Positions 16,975 to 25,340 of a DNA stretch of 32,000 nucleotides are shown one piece after another. Under the pieces are notes generated by a model. That model saw only the letters and a program-made list of their open reading frames with translations. It was not told where the DNA came from and searched no databases. Made by a program: the position numbers and the translations under genes. The stretch's first letter is position 1. The number at the start of each line of letters is the position of its first letter. Origin of the DNA: Xylanibacter ruminicola 23 (GTDB taxonomy: Bacteria > Bacteroidota > Bacteroidia > Bacteroidales > Bacteroidaceae). The stretch is taken from contig NC_014033.1 in the NCBI RefSeq assembly GCF_000025925.1, positions 3,480,001-3,512,000 of the forward strand. The letters are read 5' to 3'.

Positions 16975-16982
16975 CAAAGGTA
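16975..16982 (-). promoter_or_regulatory. -7 promoter box (TACCTTTG, context TACCTTTGCACCC) for cysS-tlpA-ridA
   Basis: The reverse complement of caaaggta. The downstream gaps of 22 nt and 13 nt suggest the three genes are co-transcribed. Confidence 0.5.
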
Positions 16983-16992
16983 ATAAAAAGTT

Positions 16993-17089
16993 GGCACTGA
17001 TTACACGGATTAACACAGATTTTTTATATAAAGAGCGAAAAATTGCTTTAAATGAATCATAATCCGTGTTAATTCGCGTAATCCGTGCC
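16993..17089. repeat. Imperfect 29-nt inverted repeat built from GGATTA(A)CAC units; REP-like element or long terminator hairpin
   Basis: The left arm ggcactgattacacggattaacacagatt (16993-17021) matches the reverse complement of the right arm aatccgtgttaattcgcgtaatccgtgcc (17061-17089) at 25 of 29 positions. The spacer is 39 nt and AT-rich. On the minus strand it is followed by ctttttatt, which abuts the cysS promoter. Confidence 0.55.
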
Positions 17090-17106
17090 ACCTATCATTA
17101 ATATCT

Positions 17107-18291
17107 TCATCCGCGTGCCATTTTGTAGATTGCCTCCATATCCTCGGCCTTCAGCACCTTCAGGTTACCGCAGGTAATGGTGTTGTTACGACTGCACTTG
17201 CGTACCATCTCCTTGATTTCTTCGTCGGTGATGTCCTTGCCAATCAGTTCCTTGATGTTGATAGGCATACCGATGGCATGATAGAAACGCTCCATGGCCA
17301 GGATTCCCTTTTCGGCTGTGCCTTCGGGATCGGTAAAGTCGTTGGGTACATCCATTACGTTAACGGCAAAACGCACAAATCTGCTCAGATTCTCGTGCAT
17401 GGTATAGCGGGCCCAACTTGGCCAGATGGCAGCCAGACCGGCACCATGGGTTACGTCGAACATGCCACTGAGCTCGTGCTCCAGCTGGTGGGTAGCCCAA
17501 TCGCCGATAGCACCGCAGCCAGTCAGGTCGTTATGCATCAGCGAACCGCCCTACATAATCTGTGCACGGTAGCGATAGTCCTCAGGATTCTTCAGCACAG
17601 GGAATACTGCGTTCTTGATACTACGCAGTGCAGCCTCGGCCAAATCGGTAGTAAAGTCCATATCATCGTCCTTGGTAAAGTAACGTTCCATGGTATGCAT
17701 CATCATATCGGTAACACCGGCTGCCGTCTGGTAAGGAGGCAATGTCATGGTGCGACGAGGATTCAGAATAGCAAACTTGGGGCGACTCAGATTGTTACTG
17801 TAACCCACCTTTACATCGCCGTCCTCATTAGTAATCACTGAGCTTTCGCTCATCTCACTACCAGCAGCAGGAATGGTAAGCACCGCTGCTACGGGCAGCA
17901 TGGTCTTAGGTTGGGCCTTACCCATGTAGATATCCCATACGTTACCCTCGAAAGGTACACCGTAGCCAATACACTTAGCCGAGTCGATAACACTACCGCC
18001 ACCTATGGCCAGGATAAAGTCGATACCCTCCTTACGGCAGAGTTCGATGCCCTGCTGAGCCAACGATAAACGGGGATTGGGCACTACGCCTCCCAGCGTA
18101 ACATACTCAACGCCGCCATCGCTCAGTAAACCACAAATCTTGTCGAGCAAACCAGAACGCTTAGCGCTTTGTCCGCCATAATGTACCAGCACCTTTGTGC
18201 CGCCATACTTCTTTACCAGCGCAGCTACCTGCTCTTCACTCTGTTCTCCAAACACCACCTCGGTAGGGGCATAGAAATTAAAATCCTTCAT
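17107..18291 (-). pseudogene. Iron-containing (group III) alcohol dehydrogenase, BdhA/YqhD-like, interrupted by one in-frame TAG
   Basis: ORFs 17551-18291 and 17107-17538 are in the same frame, separated only by TAG (17551-17553) plus 4 codons. The joined product (394 codons) reads ...RAQIM*GGSLMHNDLTGCG...DWATHQLEHELSG...THGAG. The stop sits where family members have a conserved Trp (..LMWAS..). I moved the start to MKDFNFYAPT (ATG 18289-18291). Confidence 0.7.
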
Positions 18292-18299
18292 AAAAATGT

Positions 18300-20165
18300 T
18301 TATTTTTGTGATTTGATGACCAGCACGAAACCACCACGGGGTTGGGTGGCGATTTGCTTGGGTATCTGATTGCCCTTGGTAATCAGCCAATCCTTATTGC
18401 CTGACAGTTGATACTGGGCTGGGTCGGCATCGGCAAAGGTCTGCACGCACTTGGCGCCACTGATAAAGCTCAAATCTACATCAAGCACCTTCTTGTTGTC
18501 GGTACCGTTGATACCAGCTACGTACCAGGTTTCGCCGCTGCGTCGGGCCAGTACTACGCTCTCGCCGGGATAACCGCTCACGTAGCGGGTCTCATCCCAT
18601 GTGGTGGGCAGCTTTCCGAAGAAATCCTGTACCTGCTGAGGCTGAACCAGATAGCTCTCGGGTTTGTCGGCCAGGTGCTGCAGGGCACTCTCGTACAGTA
18701 CGGTCAGAGCCAGTTCGTGGGCATCGCTGGTAATATGTGGATGCTGTGAATCGCTGAAGGTACATGGTGTGTAGTCCATAGGACCGATGATGTTACGGGT
18801 AAAGGGTAGTGTGGTGTTATGACTGGCTGCTACGTTGGTAAATGTGGGCACGTTGTTGTACCACTCGGCACCATACACACCCTCGGTCGACATGAGGTTG
18901 GGGTAGGTGCGCTGCCATCCACGAGGTACGGTGGCACCATGGAAGTTAACCAGCAGATGATGCTTGGCGGCACTCTCCAGCAGGTCGATACAGTAAGTCA
19001 TATCGCGCTGACAGTCGCCTGAGAAGAAGTCGATCTTTACACCAGCTACGCCAATCTTCTCGCACCAGGCAAACTCCTTTTCACGGTCTTCGGGCTTGTT
19101 CAGGCGGAACTTCGGTGTGGGGGCACCATCAATCCAGCCTACTGATGAGTTATACCAAATCATGGGTTTAACACCCTTCGAGTTGGCATAAGCTACGGCA
19201 TCCTCGATGGTCTTGTCGTCCTTCATCTCATCCCACTCAGCATCAATCAGCACGTAAGGCAGCTTCAGGGTAACAGCCATATCTACGTATTTCTTAATAA
19301 TATTGTAGTCGTTCGAACCATGGTTGTATGCCCAGTAGATCCATGATACAACGCCGGGTTTAATCCAACTGGTATCGCTTAGTTTGCAAGGCTCGCTTAC
19401 GTCGGTTACCAAGGTGCTCTGAATCAGGTCCTGCATGCTGCCGATGATAGCGATGCGCCAAGGTGAATGCCACTTGCCTTTGAGGTTGACCTCGTTTACG
19501 TCGGGTGTGACGCGCAGCAGCTCGCCATCGGTATAGAGGCATGCTGCAGCCTGGTTGCGCTCGATGTTAGCTTCGGAGAGCAGCATGAATACACCCTCCT
19601 GTGGCTCAACCAGTGTGGGGAATCCCCAGCGCAGGTTGTAACCCTCGTCGGATTTTACCACGCCAGCCATGCGTCCGATAGGTTTTATCTTGCCTGTGGT
19701 GCTCATGGGGTAGAATCCCTCGTAGCTGTCGGTCCACTGCAGCATCCAGCGCTTGGTGCCTTCGGGAATCATGTAGGCTGTCTTCTCCTTGGGCAGCTTG
19801 CCTTTCAGTCCGCTCAGTTCATAGCGGAAGGCTGCACCGTCGTTATACAGGCGCAGTACCAGCTGCAGGTTGCCGCTCAACTTTGCCACATACTCGTTGG
19901 CCTCGTTGGTGCAGGTAGATTTTTTGCCTGCCAGCATCTGATAGTTGGCTGTGACTTTGCCAATGGGCTTAAATTTCAGCCGATTGCTTTTGATGCCCTC
20001 GTAGCCCAGTACGGGGATATTCAGCACCTCTTGCTGCTGATAGTTCACGATGATGCCCTGGCCGCTGTTGGTAACAGTCAGTTTGCCATTAGGCGATACG
20101 GGCTGCTGAGCCGACAGGCTGAGCGATCCCAAGCAGATGGTAAGTATAATCAAAAACTGCTTCAT
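18300..20165 (-). CDS. Glycoside hydrolase family 97 (alpha-glucosidase/alpha-galactosidase family), secreted
   Basis: VAGVKIDFF and LLVNFHGATVPRGWQRTYPNLMSTEGVYGAEW are GH97 hallmark segments. I moved the start to MKQFLIILTICLGSLSLSAQ (ATG 20163-20165). The 708-aa track ORF otherwise overlaps the permease gene. Confidence 0.8.
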   Translation of the reverse strand: MKQFLIILTICLGSLSLSAQQPVSPNGKLTVTNSGQGIIVNYQQQEVLNIPVLGYEGIKSNRLKFKPIGKVTANYQMLAGKKSTCTNEANEYVAKLSGNLQLVLRLYNDGAAFRYELSGLKGKLPKEKTAYMIPEGTKRWMLQWTDSYEGFYPMSTTGKIKPIGRMAGVVKSDEGYNLRWGFPTLVEPQEGVFMLLSEANIERNQAAACLYTDGELLRVTPDVNEVNLKGKWHSPWRIAIIGSMQDLIQSTLVTDVSEPCKLSDTSWIKPGVVSWIYWAYNHGSNDYNIIKKYVDMAVTLKLPYVLIDAEWDEMKDDKTIEDAVAYANSKGVKPMIWYNSSVGWIDGAPTPKFRLNKPEDREKEFAWCEKIGVAGVKIDFFSGDCQRDMTYCIDLLESAAKHHLLVNFHGATVPRGWQRTYPNLMSTEGVYGAEWYNNVPTFTNVAASHNTTLPFTRNIIGPMDYTPCTFSDSQHPHITSDAHELALTVLYESALQHLADKPESYLVQPQQVQDFFGKLPTTWDETRYVSGYPGESVVLARRSGETWYVAGINGTDNKKVLDVDLSFISGAKCVQTFADADPAQYQLSGNKDWLITKGNQIPKQIATQPRGGFVLVIKSQK

Positions 20166-20170
20166 GGGAA

Positions 20171-21484
20171 TTATAAATGTTTCTTGATATGAATACGATA
20201 ACCGTAGGCTGTTACCACGAGGAAACAGATGAGTGGCAGTACGAACGAGATGTTGGTGGCTGGCATACCCATCAACGTGCCCTCGTCGATAATCATAGCC
20301 TGCAGCGGGGGCAGTACCGAACCGCCTAAGATGGCCATGATAAGACCTGCTGCACCAAACTTGGCATCGTCGCCCAGTCCGTCGAGTGCAATACCATAGA
20401 TGGTGGGGAACATGAGCGACATGCAACCGCTAACGCATACCAGACAGTACATGCCCAAACGATCCTGGAAACCGATAACACCCAGTGTAAATACCATGGC
20501 CAGTACACCAAAGATGGCCAGCAGCATGGCGGGCTTTACGTATTTCATCAAGAAGGTGGCGATGAAACGCGAACAGATGAAGAACAGCATGGCAAAGATG
20601 TTGAATCGCTGCGACAGTACTTCGGCAGCCTGTTCGTCCATACCCTCGGCCATAAATACGCGCGTACCATATTGTATAATAAAGGTCCAGCACATAATCT
20701 GCGCACCTACATAGAAGAACTGGGCAATCACACCCTCGCGGTAGTATTTGAGTGCAAAGATTCGCTTGATGGTTACCAGGAAGTGGATGTCGTGGTTGGC
20801 ATCGCCGATTTTGGGCATCTTGGTAAAGCGCATCAGTAGTAGCATGCCCACAATCACCAGTCCGATAATCAGGTAAGGCGAAATCAGTACGCTCAGGTCG
20901 GCATCCTTCAGTGCCTCGAACTCTGTGTCGCTCAGCAGGGCACGCTCGTCGCTGCTCATGGGGTTGAGCTTGGCCTGAATAAAGTTCATGGCCACAAACA
21001 TACCGATGATAGAGCCGCAGGGGTTAAAGCACTGTGCCATATTCAGGCGGCGCGTAGCTGTTTCGGCTGGGCCCATGGTCAGAATGTAAGGGTTGCACGA
21101 AGTTTCGAGGAACGAGAGTCCGCACGTCATGATAAAGTAGGCGATGAGGAAACAGCCGTAGATACCGATGGCCTTGGCAGGGAAGAACAGCAGGGCACCG
21201 GCAGCATAGAGTCCGAGTCCCATCAATACGCCCGCCTTGTACGAGAACTTACGGATAAAGATGGCTGCAGGAAACGCCATGCAGAAGTAACCGCCATAGA
21301 ACGCTACCTGCACCAGTGTACCATCGGTTACGCTCATGCGGAAGATTTTAGAGAATGCTTTCACCATGGGGTTGGTAATATCGTTGGCAAAGCCCCAGAG
21401 TGCAAAGCAGAATGTTACGAGTATAAAGGGGATGAGGTAGTTAACCCCATCCTTGACTATCAGAGATTGTTGTTGCTTTTCCAT
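20171..21484 (-). CDS. MFS sugar:H+ symporter of the L-fucose permease (FucP) family
   Basis: 437 aa with about 12 predicted TM helices. FALWGFANDITNPMVKAF is the FucP-family N-terminal motif. Confidence 0.8.
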   Translation of the reverse strand: MEKQQQSLIVKDGVNYLIPFILVTFCFALWGFANDITNPMVKAFSKIFRMSVTDGTLVQVAFYGGYFCMAFPAAIFIRKFSYKAGVLMGLGLYAAGALLFFPAKAIGIYGCFLIAYFIMTCGLSFLETSCNPYILTMGPAETATRRLNMAQCFNPCGSIIGMFVAMNFIQAKLNPMSSDERALLSDTEFEALKDADLSVLISPYLIIGLVIVGMLLLMRFTKMPKIGDANHDIHFLVTIKRIFALKYYREGVIAQFFYVGAQIMCWTFIIQYGTRVFMAEGMDEQAAEVLSQRFNIFAMLFFICSRFIATFLMKYVKPAMLLAIFGVLAMVFTLGVIGFQDRLGMYCLVCVSGCMSLMFPTIYGIALDGLGDDAKFGAAGLIMAILGGSVLPPLQAMIIDEGTLMGMPATNISFVLPLICFLVVTAYGYRIHIKKHL

Positions 21485-21500
21485 TTTCTTTAGTAGGTTT

Positions 21501-22517
21501 TTAGAAGTGAACTAAGATACGGAATACCTTGCCAGGTGCCTCGCTCCACTGCAGCATGGCCTTGGGGGCCTGCTCGGGTGCTACGTCGGCACTAATCAGA
21601 CGGTCAACCGGACATGTGCCACGCTCCAGGTAGTGGATCACTGCACGGAAATCCTGTGGCTGGGCATTACGCGAACCACGAATGTCGAGCTCCTTCTGTA
21701 CAAAGAACTTGGTTTGGAACGATACGTCGGTCTTGGCATAGCCGATGCAAACCACGCGACCGGTGAAAGCTACTTCGTTTACAGCCATCTGGTAGGTAGG
21801 TGCGCTACCCACAGCCTCGATAATTACATCGGGACCGAAACCCTCGGTCAGCTCCAGCAATCGGGCATGTACATCCTCGGTCTTGGTGTTGATGGCGTAA
21901 GTGGCGCCCATCTCCTTGGCCAGTGCCAGCTTCTCGTCGTCGATATCGGCAGCAATCACGGTAGCACCGCGCAGGGCCGAACGTACGATAGCTCCCATGC
22001 CAACCATACCGCAACCAATCACCACTACGGCGTCGATATCGGTTACTTGGGCACGATTCACGGCGTGGAAACCAACACTCATAGGCTCGATGAGGGCGCA
22101 GGTGCGGGGATCGAGATTACCAGCGGGAATCACCTTCTCCCAAGGCAGAGCGATGAACTCGCGCATGGCACCGTTGCGCTGTACGCCTAGTGTTTCGTTA
22201 TGCTGACAGGCGTTTACGCGCTGGTTACGGCACGAGGCGCACTTGCCGCAGTTAGTGTAAGGATTGCAGGTTACCACCATGCCGGGCTTCAGGTGTTCGG
22301 GCACGTCGGCACCCACCTTTTCAATCACGGCACCCACCTCGTGGCCAGGTATAACGGGCATTTTTACCATGGGGTTCTTACCCAGCCATGTGCTCAGGTC
22401 GGAACCACAAAAACCTACATACTTGAGGCGCAGCAGCACCTCGTTGGGCTTCATTTCCTGCTCAGGAATGTTTACTATTTCCATCTGGCGCTCGCCAGGA
22501 ATCTGTATTGCTTTCAT
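21501..22517 (-). CDS. Zn-dependent medium-chain dehydrogenase (L-galactonate-5-dehydrogenase-like)
   Basis: GFCGSDL, PGHEVGAVI, the structural-Zn Cys cluster CGKCASCRNQRVNAC, and the Rossmann motif VIGCGMVGMG. The substrate is inferred from operon context only. Confidence 0.7.
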   Translation of the reverse strand: MKAIQIPGERQMEIVNIPEQEMKPNEVLLRLKYVGFCGSDLSTWLGKNPMVKMPVIPGHEVGAVIEKVGADVPEHLKPGMVVTCNPYTNCGKCASCRNQRVNACQHNETLGVQRNGAMREFIALPWEKVIPAGNLDPRTCALIEPMSVGFHAVNRAQVTDIDAVVVIGCGMVGMGAIVRSALRGATVIAADIDDEKLALAKEMGATYAINTKTEDVHARLLELTEGFGPDVIIEAVGSAPTYQMAVNEVAFTGRVVCIGYAKTDVSFQTKFFVQKELDIRGSRNAQPQDFRAVIHYLERGTCPVDRLISADVAPEQAPKAMLQWSEAPGKVFRILVHF

Positions 22518-22552
22518 TGGATTATTTGACTATTTCACTATTTACTATTATA

Positions 22553-23464
22553 CTATTCGCTCATGTTTTTGATGTAAGGGAGCTCGGGCAGCTCGCCGAA
22601 GCCGAAGAACTGCTTGGCGTTCTGGCCTAGGAACATACGCTTCTCATCGGCGGTTAGGTCGGCCGATTTTTCTACAAAGTCGTAACTCATCTTGTAGGTG
22701 ATGGCGGTGATGGTGCGGGGATAATCGCTACCCCACATCAACTTGTCCATGCCCACCTCGTCGGCAGCCTGCTTAATGGCGCGGATGGCTGATGGGAAGG
22801 GGTAGAACTCGTCGTTAAACAGCCAGGTAATACCACCGCTTTCCACGTATACGTTCTTGTGGCGTGCCAGGCTAATCTGACTCATCCAACCCTCGCGTGT
22901 TACCATGCCGAAATGGCCGATGGCTATTTTCAGGTTGGGGCACTCCTGTATCAGCTCTTCCATCTGTCCTACCTGTGTGTCGCCGTCCTGCAACTCGATG
23001 CCTAGTATCTTACCCTGCTTCTCCATCAACTGCAACAACTGCAACATTGCATCGGTTAGGAACTGCTGGGGTAATCGGGCAGCGGGTATCTTGATGCCTT
23101 TAAAGGCCTCTACCACGCCTGGAGCGTTCTGCATAAAGTCGGGATTGCGGTAATCCAGCATACCGAAGGTGAAAAAACGGTTGGGGTAGCGGCTCTCTAC
23201 CTGTAGCAGGTAGCTATTTTGTATGCCGTCGATAAACTCCTGCGTAACCACGGCGGCTGCCACCTGGGCGTAGTCCATGTTACTCAGAAAGCGCTCGGCC
23301 GTATTCTGTCCGTCGGTCATAAATGGCGGCAACATCTGTCGCTCCTCGCCGAAAAACAGCGAGCGACTGCGGTTGGGCTCTAACTGGCAGATACGCTGGT
23401 TGTTAACCACCGTGTCCTGGTTCAGCCACAGATGACTGTGGGCATCAATTATGAGTTTTTCCAT
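22553..23464 (-). CDS. Amidohydrolase_2-family (COG3618-type) sugar lactonase, L-galactono/L-fucono-1,5-lactonase-like
   Basis: IIDAHSHLW (HxH), IGHFGM and WGSDYPR are metal-ligand motifs of the amidohydrolase-2 lactonases. It overlaps the upstream reductase gene by 16 nt. Confidence 0.7.
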   Translation of the reverse strand: MEKLIIDAHSHLWLNQDTVVNNQRICQLEPNRSRSLFFGEERQMLPPFMTDGQNTAERFLSNMDYAQVAAAVVTQEFIDGIQNSYLLQVESRYPNRFFTFGMLDYRNPDFMQNAPGVVEAFKGIKIPAARLPQQFLTDAMLQLLQLMEKQGKILGIELQDGDTQVGQMEELIQECPNLKIAIGHFGMVTREGWMSQISLARHKNVYVESGGITWLFNDEFYPFPSAIRAIKQAADEVGMDKLMWGSDYPRTITAITYKMSYDFVEKSADLTADEKRMFLGQNAKQFFGFGELPELPYIKNMSE

Positions 23465-24399
23465 CTTACAAACATTTGGTCGCCGATAATCTCCTGTACC
23501 TTCTTAACCAGCTGCTCGTCCATAGGCTCGTTAACGTACTGTATGTTCTTGAGCACGTTCTTGGGGTTGGCGCTGCTGAACAGGGTAGTAGCGATGCGTG
23601 GATTCAGACTGGTTGAGAACTGGATGGCCAGCTTGTCGATAGGATAGCCCTGCTCTTCGCAGTACTTGGCAGCCTTGGCACAAGCCTCCTGCAAATCCTT
23701 GCCAGCTGGGTGCCATGCGGGGGCGCCACGTTGCGACAGCAGGCCCATTGAGAATGGCGAGGCGTTGATAACACCTACGTTGTGCTGCTCAAAAAATCCC
23801 AGGTAATCGGCCAGCAGGGTGTCGTTCAGCGAGTAGTGGCAGAAGTTCAGGATGCTTTCTACCGTACCCTCGGGGGCATGCTCTACCACCCACTTCAGGT
23901 TCTCGGGCTGCAGGTCGGTAATACCCACGTGCTTTACAATACCTTTTTCGCGAAGTTCTACCAGTGCAGGCAGGGTTTCGTCAACAATCAGTTGCAGGCC
24001 GCCTTCCATGTCGCCCTGGAACTCAATGTCGTGTACATTAATCAGGTCGATGTAATCCACGTTCAGGCGTTCCATACTCTCGTACACACTCTCCTGAGCG
24101 CGCTTGGCGCTGTAGTCCCAGGTGTTCACGCCGTTATGTCCGTAGCGGCCCACTTTGGTAGATATGAAATACTTACTGTGTGGAATCTCCTTCAGCGCCT
24201 TGCCCAGTACGGTTTCGGCCTTCAGGTGACCATAGTAGGGCGACACGTCGATAAAGTTGATACCATTGTCAACGGCTGTGTGTACAGCCTCTATTCCCTC
24301 TTCTTCGCGGATGCTATGGAACACGCCGCCCAGCGATGAGGCACCAAAACCTAAGTTCGATACCTTCATACCTGTTTTCCCGATTTCGTTATAAATCAT
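23449..24399 (-). CDS. Aldo/keto reductase (L-galactose/L-fucose 1-dehydrogenase-like)
   Basis: IGKTGMKVSNLGFGASSLGG ... FIDVSPYYG ... STKVG ... VINASPFSMGLL is a typical AKR (COG0667-like) layout. The substrate is inferred from context. Confidence 0.7.
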   Translation of the reverse strand: MIYNEIGKTGMKVSNLGFGASSLGGVFHSIREEEGIEAVHTAVDNGINFIDVSPYYGHLKAETVLGKALKEIPHSKYFISTKVGRYGHNGVNTWDYSAKRAQESVYESMERLNVDYIDLINVHDIEFQGDMEGGLQLIVDETLPALVELREKGIVKHVGITDLQPENLKWVVEHAPEGTVESILNFCHYSLNDTLLADYLGFFEQHNVGVINASPFSMGLLSQRGAPAWHPAGKDLQEACAKAAKYCEEQGYPIDKLAIQFSTSLNPRIATTLFSSANPKNVLKNIQYVNEPMDEQLVKKVQEIIGDQMFVRWKNS

Positions 24400-24414
24400 A
24401 TTTATTGATATAAG

Positions 24415-25206
24415 TTAGTTCTGATATGCTTGGTTAGTCATCTCTACGGCTACGGTTTCCTGGCAGAAACGTGCCATGGGATAGTATTCCAGTCCGCCGT
24501 ACGGACCTTGGTCGCCCCACGAGTTCTTCATGATAAAGTAGCGCTCGCCATCCTCGTCGTGGGCCAAGCCTACGATGGCCATGGCGTGGTTCTCGTCTTC
24601 CCAGCACACACCGTGGTGGTTACGCACGGCACGCTCGGTCTTAGCCAGCAGCGAGTCCATCGGTATGTTCAGATAGCGCTCGTGGGTCCAGTTGTCGGGC
24701 ACCTCCAGCTCGGCCTCCTCGTTATAGGACTGATGGCTGTTGCTGGTCAGGGCAATGTACTCGCCAGGCTTGCACACGCTGCGGGCAAACTCCTGCGGGG
24801 TGTACTGTGCGCCCAGCATAAACACCCACTGGGGGGCGGGCGTCGTAATCTTGCGCATGGCGTCGTAGCCGCATATGCCGTATTTCTCAATCATGCTGAT
24901 AAGGGTGGTGGGCTCGCCACGCTTGGTGGCGGGACAGGCCTTCTCCTGCTCAATCATCTTCTCGATATAGTAGGGTGACAGGTTTACCGAGTCGCCCCAG
25001 CTCAGGTGCTCGGTCTCAATGGCGGCCAGCATGGCGTAAATCCAGCAAGTCTGGCTTTCGCCCTGGTCCTTAATGGGGGTCATGCGGTTCAGTACTTCGT
25101 TGGTAAAGTGCTTGCCCCCAGGGGTATAGACACTTGGCTGGTGGGCACAACTTCCCATCAGCATCACCAAAGCAACTGCACATGCCATCACGGTTTTAAG
25201 TTTCAT
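24415..25206 (-). CDS. Papain-like (C1-family) cysteine peptidase lipoprotein
   Basis: Lipobox LMGSC. Catalytic elements KDQGESQTCWIYA (Gln/Cys), NHAMAIVGL (His) and KNSWG (Asn). I moved the start to MKLKTVMACAV (ATG 25204-25206). Confidence 0.75.
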   Translation of the reverse strand: MKLKTVMACAVALVMLMGSCAHQPSVYTPGGKHFTNEVLNRMTPIKDQGESQTCWIYAMLAAIETEHLSWGDSVNLSPYYIEKMIEQEKACPATKRGEPTTLISMIEKYGICGYDAMRKITTPAPQWVFMLGAQYTPQEFARSVCKPGEYIALTSNSHQSYNEEAELEVPDNWTHERYLNIPMDSLLAKTERAVRNHHGVCWEDENHAMAIVGLAHDEDGERYFIMKNSWGDQGPYGGLEYYPMARFCQETVAVEMTNQAYQN

Positions 25207-25210
25207 GCTG

Positions 25211-25218
25211 CAAAGATA
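25211..25218 (-). promoter_or_regulatory. -7 promoter box (TATCTTTG) only 4 nt upstream of the C1 peptidase ATG
   Basis: The reverse complement of caaagata. The minus-strand context is TATCTTTGCAGC-ATG. Confidence 0.4.
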
Positions 25219-25313
25219 ATATATTTTGGAGCGAATTCTGCGAATTAACATGAAAAATATATGGCCGAACGAAAAAAAATCGATAAAATCCATAATACGT
25301 GCCGAAAAAGTAG

Positions 25314-25321
25314 TATCTTTG
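25314..25321 (+). promoter_or_regulatory. -7 promoter box (TATCTTTG) for the kinase-kinase-U32 operon
   Basis: Context TATCTTTGCAGCCC, 19 nt upstream of the ATG at 25341. Confidence 0.5.
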
Positions 25322-25340
25322 CAGCCCAATTCAATTAAGT

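Noticed and set aside
17551-17553. The in-frame TAG in the alcohol dehydrogenase as evidence of stop-codon reassignment or programmed read-through
   Set aside because: TAG terminates at least three other well-defined genes in the window (at 1714-1716, 12564-12566 and 14515-14517). No recoding signals are evident. A nonsense mutation or a sequencing error is more parsimonious.
20166-20426. N-terminal extensions of track ORFs: GH97 to 20426, cysS to 17091, tcdA to 2670, C1 peptidase to 25329, LuxR gene to 1634, Fe-ADH to 18390, small protein from 31150
   Set aside because: The extensions overlap neighbouring genes or run upstream of the TAnnTTTG promoter boxes, and they encode non-homologous junk. 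Internal ATGs give canonical N-termini or signal peptides.
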